A stretch of DNA of 64,000 bases from Polyangia bacterium (GTDB taxonomy: Bacteria > Myxococcota_A > Polyangia > JAAYKL01): contig JBNKCR010000020.1 in NCBI GenBank assembly GCA_050287845.1, forward strand, positions 16,252 through 80,251, read 5' to 3'. This document shows positions 9,803 to 17,723 of this stretch, in pieces (position 1 is the stretch's first letter; the number at the start of each line of letters is the position of its first letter). Under the pieces are notes generated by a model. It was not told the DNA's origin and ran no database searches. It worked only from the letters and a program-made list of their open reading frames with translations. A program made the translations under genes and the position numbers.

Positions 9803-11551
9803 ATGAATCAGATTCAGGAAATCCGTGTTGGAGTGAGTTCCTGTGGCCTTGCGGCCGGAGCGGGCGCAGTGCTGGGCAAGTTGAAGGCAAGTTGCGATGT
9901 TCCGGTTGTTCCGGTGGGATGCATCGGGCATTGCTATGCAGAGCCGCTTGTGGAAGTAGTGACCGGGGCCGAATCGGTTTTTTATGGGAATGTGACTGCG
10001 TCTGATGAAGATGTGGCAACACTGCTGAACCTGGGGGAAGAAAAGAAACTGGCGTTCAGGCGGGAACGCAGCGAGAAGGAAAATCTGCGAATCACCGGTA
10101 TCATCGGAAAATTCAACCCGGTTGATCTCGATGCATATATCGGTCATGGCGGATTTCTGGGATTGCAGAAAGCGTTGACCATGACGCCGTCGCAGTTGGT
10201 GGACGAAATCAGGGAGTCGGGTTTGCGGGGGCGAGGCGGTGGCGGGTTTCCAACTGGCCTGAAGTGGTCGTTGCTGGCCAATAAGAACAGCGCGGAAAAA
10301 GTGATTATCTGCAATGCGGATGAGGGAGATCCCGGCGCCTTCATGGATCGTTCACTGATGGAGTCATTGCCGTATCAGGTGTTGGAGGGAATGCTCATTG
10401 CCGCATACGCCACTGGTGCAAACCGATTGGTTGTCTATTGTCGGGCGGAATATCCTCTGGCCATCCGCAATCTGACGAGCGCCATTGAAGCTGCCTCGAA
10501 TCAGGGCCTGAATCTGATTAACGGAAAAGTGATGGATGTGCAGATAAAGGAAGGGGCCGGCGCCTTTGTGTGTGGCGAGGAAACGGCGTTGATCCATTCC
10601 CTTGAAGGAAAGAGGGGGATGCCCCGGTTCAGGCCTCCTTATCCTACCGACAGCGGTTATCACGGATTGCCGACCATGATTTCGAATGTGGAAACGTTCG
10701 CCAACGTACCGTTGATTGTCCGGGATGGGGCAGCGGATTATGCATCGGTCGGTACTGCAGGGGGGAAGGGAACCAAGCTGTTCGCCCTTGCCGGCGATGT
10801 GACCTGTCCCGGTCTTGTTGAAGTATCCATGGGTATTACCCTCGGGGAGATTATCTACGACATCGGTGGTGCACGGAAGGGGGACGTGAAAGCCGTGCAG
10901 ACCGGTGGACCATCGGGAGGGTGCATTCCCGCCGAGCTGTTTGATACACCGGTGGACTACGATTCACTCAAATCCCTTGGTGCGATTATGGGGTCAGGTG
11001 GCCTGATTGTGATCGGGCAGAATCGCTGCATGGTGGAAACGGCGCGGTACTTTCTGGATTTTACCCACCGGGAATCATGCGGCAAATGCACGTTCTGCCG
11101 GGTGGGCGCCAAGCGGATGTTCGAAGCACTCGAACGAATCACCGGCGGTGACGGCACCCGCGCGGATATCCATTTTCTGGAAGACATGGGACGGAAGGTG
11201 AAAGCGGGTTCGCTCTGTGGACTGGGGGCAACGGCGCCCAATCCGGTGCTGGCGACGCTCCGTTATTTCCGTGAAGAATTCGACGCCCATGTGGATGCAC
11301 GGCAGTGTCCGGCCAGGGAGTGCGCGGCATTGTCTGATGTGGCTATTGTAAAAGAAGATTGCACCGAATGCGGGCGGTGTGTCAAAGTCTGCCCGGTTCA
11401 TGCCGTAAGCAGCGACTATGTGGTGGACAACAGTGTATGCACCCGTTGCAACAGTTGCATCGAAGCATGCCCGGTACACACCATATTCCGCGTGGATGGG
11501 GGCACCGGTTACTATGGCCGGAAGGATGGAGAGGAGCGGGGCAATGTCTGA
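9803..11551 (+). CDS. NuoF/HydB-like FMN/NADH-binding subunit
   Basis: GLRGRGGGGFPTG.KW, NADEGDPGAFMDR, GAFVCGEET, GGPSGG, ESCGKCTFCR, C-terminal 2x[4Fe-4S]. Confidence 0.93.
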   Translation: MNQIQEIRVGVSSCGLAAGAGAVLGKLKASCDVPVVPVGCIGHCYAEPLVEVVTGAESVFYGNVTASDEDVATLLNLGEEKKLAFRRERSEKENLRITGIIGKFNPVDLDAYIGHGGFLGLQKALTMTPSQLVDEIRESGLRGRGGGGFPTGLKWSLLANKNSAEKVIICNADEGDPGAFMDRSLMESLPYQVLEGMLIAAYATGANRLVVYCRAEYPLAIRNLTSAIEAASNQGLNLINGKVMDVQIKEGAGAFVCGEETALIHSLEGKRGMPRFRPPYPTDSGYHGLPTMISNVETFANVPLIVRDGAADYASVGTAGGKGTKLFALAGDVTCPGLVEVSMGITLGEIIYDIGGARKGDVKAVQTGGPSGGCIPAELFDTPVDYDSLKSLGAIMGSGGLIVIGQNRCMVETARYFLDFTHRESCGKCTFCRVGAKRMFEALERITGGDGTRADIHFLEDMGRKVKAGSLCGLGATAPNPVLATLRYFREEFDAHVDARQCPARECAALSDVAIVKEDCTECGRCVKVCPVHAVSSDYVVDNSVCTRCNSCIEACPVHTIFRVDGGTGYYGRKDGEERGNV

Positions 11552-13583
11552 ACGCACCATTATATTCAGTATTGACGGGAAGGAAATGCACGCGCTTCCC
11601 GGCCAGACGATTCTCGATGTGGCTCAGTTGAACAATATATCCATTCCTGTGCTGTGTCATCATCAGCATATTTCAAAAACTACCTCGTGCTTTGTCTGTG
11701 TGGTACGGCACACGCAAAGCGGTCGGTTCATCCCATCATGTGCGGCCGTCCCCGAACTGGGGCAGCACTATGAATCGTCATCGAAAGACGTATTCGAGAT
11801 GCGCCGGACTGCATTGAATCTGCTCTTAAGTGAACATACCGGCGACTGTGAGGCCCCCTGCACCATATCCTGTCCGGCCCATGCCCGAGTGGAGGAATAT
11901 GTGCGGGAGGGCCGAAAGGGAAATTTTCTGGAGACGTTGAAAATTCTCAAACAGAGAATTCCCCTGCCCATTTCTATCGGTCGTGTCTGTCCCCGCTTCT
12001 GTGAAAAGGATTGCCGCAGAAATATTCATGATTCGCCGGTGGCAATCAATGATTTCAAGCGACTGGCCGCAGACCTTTTCTACGATTCGTACATGGAGGA
12101 GTGCAACCCCCTTTCGTCGCGCAAAGTGGCCATTGTGGGCGGCGGTCCCGCCGGGCTTTCCGTGGCGTATTATCTCAGGCTTGAAGGAATTCAGTCTCAT
12201 ATTCTGGAAATGATGCCAAAGCCGGGCGGGATGCTCAGATATGGTATTCCGGAATACCGTTTGCCGAAGGCGCTTCTCGAAAAGGAGCTTGCCCATTTCG
12301 AAAAGATGGGGGGGATTGAGATTGAGTGCAACCGGACGTTGGGCAAGGATTTCAATATTTCCAGTTTGCAGCAGGAAGCTTACGATGCCATTGCCGTCAC
12401 CATCGGATGCTGGCGCGCTACCGGGATGCGTTGCGAGGGGGAAGCTCTGGCGGAAAACGGGATTGACTGGCTCCGTCAGATTGCGGAGCAGAACTTTTCC
12501 GGAAAAAGTCCGGGAGAGACAGTGGTGATTGGCGGTGGCAATTCGGCAATGGATTGTGCGCGTACCGCCATCCGATTGGGCGCGACCGGTGTGCGTTGCC
12601 TGTATCGACGTACAGAAAATGAAATGCCCGCTGAACCCATTGAGGTGCAGGAAGCCAGAGACGAAGGGGTGTCTTTTGAATTTCTTGTGGCGCCTTTGAA
12701 ACTGGAGAAATCCAATGGCAGGCTGCGGCTCACGTGTATTCGCATGATGCCTGGCGAGCCCGATGCATCCGGGCGCCGACGTCCGGTTCCCGTAGACGAT
12801 TCCGCATTCACTGTGATGGCGGATACAGTGATTGCAGCCATTGGACAATCGGCCAGCGTACCCGAAGAAGTGAAGACCAACCGGTGGGGATATGCAGACG
12901 TGGATGCCGCGGATTTAAATGTGAGCGGCAATGTATATGCGGCGGGGGATTGTGTCACCGGCGCAGCCACGGTGGTCGAGGCCGTTGCCGGCGGACGGAA
13001 GGTGGCCATGGCCATTGTGGATCGGTTGAACGGAAGACGTCACGTGGAACCGCCTCTGATAAATGTGTCCCGGGGACACTGGCGGTCCATGAGTCGGGAC
13101 GACCTGGTGTACCTGAAGGAACCCACTGCGGATGGGAGGCTTGAGCTGGCACATATTTCAATGGCGGAACGGAAAACCAGTTTCCGGGAAGTTAATCATA
13201 CGGCCAGTGCAGCGGCGGTTTCAAAGGAAGGAACCCGGTGTCTGGAATGCTCCTGTACGGCGAAAGAAACCTGCACGCTGAAGTCCCATTCCGAAAATTA
13301 TGGCGCCACGCCGGATGCCATTTCGGGGGAGAAAACAGTGGATGTTCCCGACACCCGGCATCCCCATATCATTTTCGACAGAAACAAATGCATCAAGTGT
13401 GGCATCTGCATAAAAATATGTGCCGAGGTGATTAACGAATCATTGATCGGATACAAAAAGCGCGGGTTTTATACCGAAGTGGGACCTGCTTTCGGCAGTG
13501 CGCTTCCGGACAGTTGCAAAGACTGTATGGCCTGCGTGAAGGCCTGCCCCGTTGGCGCGTTGGACACCCGGTACAAACCCTGA
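11544..13583 (+). CDS. NuoG/HydA-like Fe-S N-terminus fused to a GltD/NfnB-type FAD-NADPH oxidoreductase and C-terminal 2x[4Fe-4S]
   Basis: IPVLCH..CFVCVV..C; H.GDC.APC...CP; GRVCP..CE..C; GGGPAG, GGMLRYGIP, GGGNSAMDCAR, YRR...EMPA; CIKCGIC and CKDCMAC...CP. Confidence 0.88.
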   Translation: MSERTIIFSIDGKEMHALPGQTILDVAQLNNISIPVLCHHQHISKTTSCFVCVVRHTQSGRFIPSCAAVPELGQHYESSSKDVFEMRRTALNLLLSEHTGDCEAPCTISCPAHARVEEYVREGRKGNFLETLKILKQRIPLPISIGRVCPRFCEKDCRRNIHDSPVAINDFKRLAADLFYDSYMEECNPLSSRKVAIVGGGPAGLSVAYYLRLEGIQSHILEMMPKPGGMLRYGIPEYRLPKALLEKELAHFEKMGGIEIECNRTLGKDFNISSLQQEAYDAIAVTIGCWRATGMRCEGEALAENGIDWLRQIAEQNFSGKSPGETVVIGGGNSAMDCARTAIRLGATGVRCLYRRTENEMPAEPIEVQEARDEGVSFEFLVAPLKLEKSNGRLRLTCIRMMPGEPDASGRRRPVPVDDSAFTVMADTVIAAIGQSASVPEEVKTNRWGYADVDAADLNVSGNVYAAGDCVTGAATVVEAVAGGRKVAMAIVDRLNGRRHVEPPLINVSRGHWRSMSRDDLVYLKEPTADGRLELAHISMAERKTSFREVNHTASAAAVSKEGTRCLECSCTAKETCTLKSHSENYGATPDAISGEKTVDVPDTRHPHIIFDRNKCIKCGICIKICAEVINESLIGYKKRGFYTEVGPAFGSALPDSCKDCMACVKACPVGALDTRYKP

Positions 13584-13691
13584 CCATTCGTTGCCGGAGA
13601 TGGGTATTTGAGTTGTGAGCGTATTGGGTGTTTTCGATACAGAATATGGTCCGGACCGCGTAAATGCTCAGGACAGCAGCATTTTTATTTG

Positions 13692-13763
13692 TGGGCGTTA
13701 CTGGATTTGAACCAGTGACTTCAACCGTGTGAGGATTGCACTCTCCCGCTGAGTTAAACGCCC
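13692..13763 (-). tRNA. tRNA-Val(CAC)
   Basis: Reverse complement GGGCGTTTAACTCAGCGGGAGAGTGCAATCCT-CAC-ACGGTTGAAGTCACTGGTTCAAATCCAGTAACGCCCA folds as a cloverleaf; CCA not encoded. Confidence 0.93.
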
Positions 13764-13850
13764 GGTACGAGCCGTTTATAATTCACCTTCGGATTGCTTA
13801 CAACTGCTTTCAGGATATTTGTGGGAAAAAAAAACCCGAACCGACCTGAA

Positions 13851-14054
13851 TCATTTCAGTTCGAATTGCTTGCAGAAGAGGATGTGCTTCGGGCCGGTTT
13901 CCGCGATGTAGGCGGTCTCCAGGTGCATATCATTCGGGTATTCGTGCAGGCATTGATCCCGCGGTGGGTCGAAATACATGCAGTGTTCACAGGTGAACCG
14001 GAAATTGAATTTTTCTCGCTGTTCAACAAATCTGGCGTCAAAGGCAACTTTCAT
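13851..14054 (-). CDS. Small Cys-rich hypothetical protein (67 aa)
   Basis: ATGA overlap with the rlmD stop; CEHC...CLH...FCKQFE pattern. Confidence 0.65.
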   Translation of the reverse strand: MKVAFDARFVEQREKFNFRFTCEHCMYFDPPRDQCLHEYPNDMHLETAYIAETGPKHILFCKQFELK

Positions 14055-15298
14055 TTTTGCCGCTTTCGGAGTCTGGTTGCCACTTCAACGTGAGTGGTCT
14101 GGGGAAACATATCGAAGCCGGTCATTTCTTCCACTTCATACCCGCCATCAGTCAGATACGCGAGGTCGCGCTTCAGGGTGCCGGGGTTACAGGAAACGTA
14201 AATAATCATCTCGTGGTGATTCCGGGCCAGTTCCCGGGCCAACACCTTGGCCCCGGTTCTCGGCGGATCCAGTAGCACGAGAGGGGTGCCGCGGCCCTCC
14301 CGTCGGTACGCAGCCAGTGCATCATCGCAGATGATTCGGACTGTGGGTGTGTCACTGAAATTGGTTTTCGCCACATCGCATGCGGTGCTGTCCAGTTCCA
14401 CCAGCGTAATTCCGGACAGGCGATGGCGGCAATCGTAAGAAAAATTGCCTGCCCCGGCATAGAGTTCCAGCATTCGGTCAGAGCCGCTCTCCAGAATCCA
14501 TCGGGAAACCGTGTCAACCAGCTTTTGGTTGATATGGGCGTTGGCCTGGCCAAAGCTGCCAACGGGCAGTTTCATTTCATTTCCACCCGCCGTTGAGATG
14601 GTCATGGTGGATGCGCCGGCAACCGGTGACACAATGCCATTCCAATGGAGAATGATCCCTTTCACCGTCTCCGGAACTGCCGACCGGGCTTTTTCGAAGA
14701 AAATCGGATCCGGCGTCAAATCGGTTTCCACCTGCACAAAGACCCCTTCGTTTCCGGTGGCGATGCGCAGAGTGGCGCTTTTCAGACCCTGTAACATGCC
14801 ATTTTTCAAAGGCGACAACACCGCATTGATGCGGTCGTCCAGAATGGGACATTCAGAGATGTCCACCACCCGGTGGGCTTTTTTTTCGTAGAACCCCAAT
14901 GCGATGGTGTTGTTCTTTCGCCGGTGCACGTGAAGACGTGCCAGACGTCGGTAGCCCAGCGGCGGGCCGGCGGTAACCAGGGGAATGGATACCGGTGAAA
15001 ATAGCCTGGAGAGCGTCTGTTCTTTGGATATTCGCTGAAGTGCTTCATCTGCGTGCAGCATTGAACAGCCGCCGCACCGGTCGAAAACAGGACACGGAAC
15101 GTTCCTTCGGTGGGGGGATGGCGTAAGAATACGGCACAATTCTGTAACCGTTTCTTTTTTGTTTTTCTGGACCACTTCCGCTTCCACAACATCTCCCGGA
15201 ATAGCGCCCGGCACATAGTAAAACTGCCTGTCCGTTATGGATACGCCATCCCCCTGAGGCGCCAGTGAATTGATTTTCAATTGTAATAATTCTGTCAT
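14051..15298 (-). CDS. rlmD: 23S rRNA m5U methyltransferase RlmD/RumA family
   Basis: N-terminal TRAM domain, CPVFDRCGGC Fe-S motif, ELYAGAGNF, LDPPRTG, YVSCNP.TL.RD, DMFPQT.HVE. Confidence 0.9.
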   Translation of the reverse strand: MTELLQLKINSLAPQGDGVSITDRQFYYVPGAIPGDVVEAEVVQKNKKETVTELCRILTPSPHRRNVPCPVFDRCGGCSMLHADEALQRISKEQTLSRLFSPVSIPLVTAGPPLGYRRLARLHVHRRKNNTIALGFYEKKAHRVVDISECPILDDRINAVLSPLKNGMLQGLKSATLRIATGNEGVFVQVETDLTPDPIFFEKARSAVPETVKGIILHWNGIVSPVAGASTMTISTAGGNEMKLPVGSFGQANAHINQKLVDTVSRWILESGSDRMLELYAGAGNFSYDCRHRLSGITLVELDSTACDVAKTNFSDTPTVRIICDDALAAYRREGRGTPLVLLDPPRTGAKVLARELARNHHEMIIYVSCNPGTLKRDLAYLTDGGYEVEEMTGFDMFPQTTHVEVATRLRKRQK

Positions 15299-15413
15299 GC
15301 CCTTGCTCAAAGCAGTGATTCCGTTGTATTGAACTGTTGTATTGAAATTCATTACCGGATTTCGGGTGATGAAATGTTGAAATAATTTACACCCCCAAAG
15401 GGTTTATCACGTA

Positions 15414-16358
15414 ATGAAAAAAAAACAGAGTTCACAATCTAAAAGTATTCAAAAACGCAGTAAGTCAGATGTGCCTGCAGCATCGCGGCGACCGTCTGTA
15501 ACTTCCTATGATCCGTTGGATGCGTTTCTGAATGAAATCAAGCAGTATCCGCTGTTGGATCCGGATCAGGAAAAAGAACTGGCTGAAACCTATCAGAAAA
15601 CCGGTGATGTTTCCATGGCGGCTACGCTGGTCACTTCCAACCTGCGCCTGGTGGTGAAAATTGCATTTGAATACCGACGGGCGTATCGGAATATCATGGA
15701 CCTGATTCAGGAAGGCAATGTCGGCCTGATGCACGCTGTGAAAAAATTCGATCCGGCCCAGGGGGTGAAGCTTTCCTCCTATGCGGCCTGGTGGATTCGC
15801 GCGTATATACTGCGGTTCGTGTTGAGCAACTGGCGGCTGGTGAAACTGGGCACTACCCAGGCACAGCGAAAACTCTTTTTCAATCTCAACAAGGAGCGCC
15901 AGCGCCTCACTGCCATGGGAATCGAACCCACAACGGATATGCTGGCGGAGCGGTTGCATGTGAAACCGAAAGAAATCACTGAAATGGAGCGTCGGATGCA
16001 ATCGGAGGACGTGTCTCTCGACGTTGAAATCGGAGATGCCACCGGACGTATGGTAACCCGGGGCGAGTTGTTGCCATCCGGTGATGAATTGCAGGATGAG
16101 TCTCTTTCCTCGGCGATTTTTAATGACGACCTGGCGTTTCATCTGCAGAATTTCGGGAAAAATCTGACTGGCAAGGAAGCGGTAGTGTTTCAGGACCGAC
16201 TGATCAGCGATTCGCCCAAGACGCTGCAGGAAATCGGTGATGAGTTTTCGGTCAGCCGGGAACGGATTCGCCAGATTGAAAAACGGGTGATGAGTGACCT
16301 CAGAGACTACCTCGAAAATCAGATGGACGGCTATTTCAACGCCGAAGCAGAGGTATGA
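15414..16358 (+). CDS. rpoH: RNA polymerase sigma factor, RpoH/sigma-32-like
   Basis: NLRLVVKIA, DLIQEGNVGLM.AV.KFDP, RpoH-box-like TTQAQRKLFFNL, region 4 VSRERIRQIE. Confidence 0.85.
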   Translation: MKKKQSSQSKSIQKRSKSDVPAASRRPSVTSYDPLDAFLNEIKQYPLLDPDQEKELAETYQKTGDVSMAATLVTSNLRLVVKIAFEYRRAYRNIMDLIQEGNVGLMHAVKKFDPAQGVKLSSYAAWWIRAYILRFVLSNWRLVKLGTTQAQRKLFFNLNKERQRLTAMGIEPTTDMLAERLHVKPKEITEMERRMQSEDVSLDVEIGDATGRMVTRGELLPSGDELQDESLSSAIFNDDLAFHLQNFGKNLTGKEAVVFQDRLISDSPKTLQEIGDEFSVSRERIRQIEKRVMSDLRDYLENQMDGYFNAEAEV

Positions 16359-17197
16359 CCGGCACCCTGTATGTGGTCGCCACCCCCATCGGAAATCTTT
16401 CCGATATCACTTTCCGGGCCGTCGAGACCCTCAGAACAGCGGATCTCATCGCAGCGGAGGATACCCGTGTCACCCGGAAGCTGCTCAGTCGATTTGATAT
16501 TTCCACCCCATTGGTAAGCTACCGCGAGCAGAACGCCGAAAAGGTGGTTCCCGACCTTATCCGTCGATTGCTGTCCGATGAACACGTGGCAATGGTATCT
16601 GATGCGGGGACGCCTTCCATTTCGGACCCGGGCAGCGAACTGGTTGCTGCGGCTTTTGATGCGCAGATTCGGGTATCGCCCATTCCCGGGCCTTCCGCCA
16701 TGGGCGCTGCTATTTCAGCGAGTGCGCTGAAAGGTGAAGGGGTTCGATTTCTGGGGTTTTTACCGCGAAAGGGAAAGGATCGCCGGGAACGCATTCAGAC
16801 AATTGCCCACGATCCATCCTGCACGGTGCTGTATGAATCTCCCCATCGACTGAAAGAAACCCTGAAAGATCTGTTTGCGGAATGCGGCAAACGGGAGGCC
16901 GTTGTTTTCAGAGAATTGACCAAGGTTCATGAAGAAATTCAGCGGGGCACTCTGGCGCAGCTGATGCAACATTTTGCCGGCGAAATTCGCGGTGAGATTA
17001 CCCTGATGATCGAAGGCAACCTTTCCACTGCAACCGGAGAAATGGATGACGAGTCGCTGTCTCTGTTGATTCAGGAACAGCTCGATTTGGGTCGAAGCGC
17101 CAGAGATGTGGCTGCAGCGCTTTCCGCGGCGCTGGGTATCCGGAAGAAAACGATTTACGATTTGGCCGTATCGCTGGTGCGACAGAAGAGAGAATGA
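16355..17197 (+). CDS. rsmI: 16S rRNA C1402 2'-O-methyltransferase
   Basis: LYVVATPIGNL.DIT.RA, AEDTR, SDAGTPSISDPG, YESPHR, RELTK.HEE. Confidence 0.95.
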   Translation: MTGTLYVVATPIGNLSDITFRAVETLRTADLIAAEDTRVTRKLLSRFDISTPLVSYREQNAEKVVPDLIRRLLSDEHVAMVSDAGTPSISDPGSELVAAAFDAQIRVSPIPGPSAMGAAISASALKGEGVRFLGFLPRKGKDRRERIQTIAHDPSCTVLYESPHRLKETLKDLFAECGKREAVVFRELTKVHEEIQRGTLAQLMQHFAGEIRGEITLMIEGNLSTATGEMDDESLSLLIQEQLDLGRSARDVAAALSAALGIRKKTIYDLAVSLVRQKRE

Positions 17198-17204
17198 GAA
17201 ATGC

Positions 17205-17723
17205 TTATTTTTTTCTTTTGACTTCGAGGATGTCTGCAATGAGTTTTCGAATGGCGGCATTGTCGGATTCCCGGGACGCAGCCATTTTCGCATGCAGTTC
17301 AGCCTGCATAATACTTCCACTGGCCAGACACTCCACGGCTCTGATGTAGAATGTGCGCGCATCTTTGGAGCGGATGGTCTGCTCCGGGGTTCTGGGCACC
17401 ATCGACATTCTCAAATCGGTGGAGAATCGGGTTTTGCCGTTGGCGAGCTGTGAATCGTACAGTTGTCTTTTGTCCGGATCGCTCAATACGCGATAGGCTT
17501 CATTCAGTCGCTTGAAAATGTCGTAGATCGCCAGATGCAGCTGACTGGGTGCATTTCGGTGCCGATCGGGATGAAACTTTCGGGTGATTTTCAGAAAAGC
17601 GCTGCGTATCTGTTTTTCATCGGCGTCGGGAGCCACACCGAGAAGGCGGTAGTAATCCAGCCGCGGCAACACCTGGTGAATCTTGATGACATAGTCATCG
17701 AATGCGGGATCCCTATTTGGCAT
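17205..17723 (-). CDS. J-domain protein with C-terminal TPR-like helices
   Basis: DYYRLLGV, HPD motif, F..LNEAY.VLSDP..R..YD; overlaps the Hsp70 gene end. Confidence 0.88.
   Translation of the reverse strand: MPNRDPAFDDYVIKIHQVLPRLDYYRLLGVAPDADEKQIRSAFLKITRKFHPDRHRNAPSQLHLAIYDIFKRLNEAYRVLSDPDKRQLYDSQLANGKTRFSTDLRMSMVPRTPEQTIRSKDARTFYIRAVECLASGSIMQAELHAKMAASRESDNAAIRKLIADILEVKRKK

Noticed and set aside
9347..13583. [FeFe]-hydrogenase or complex I nuoEFG
   Set aside because: No H-cluster motifs, no molybdopterin-like domain and no membrane nuo genes
13692..13763. tRNA as an integration site
   Set aside because: No integrase and no duplicated tRNA 3' end noticed in the window
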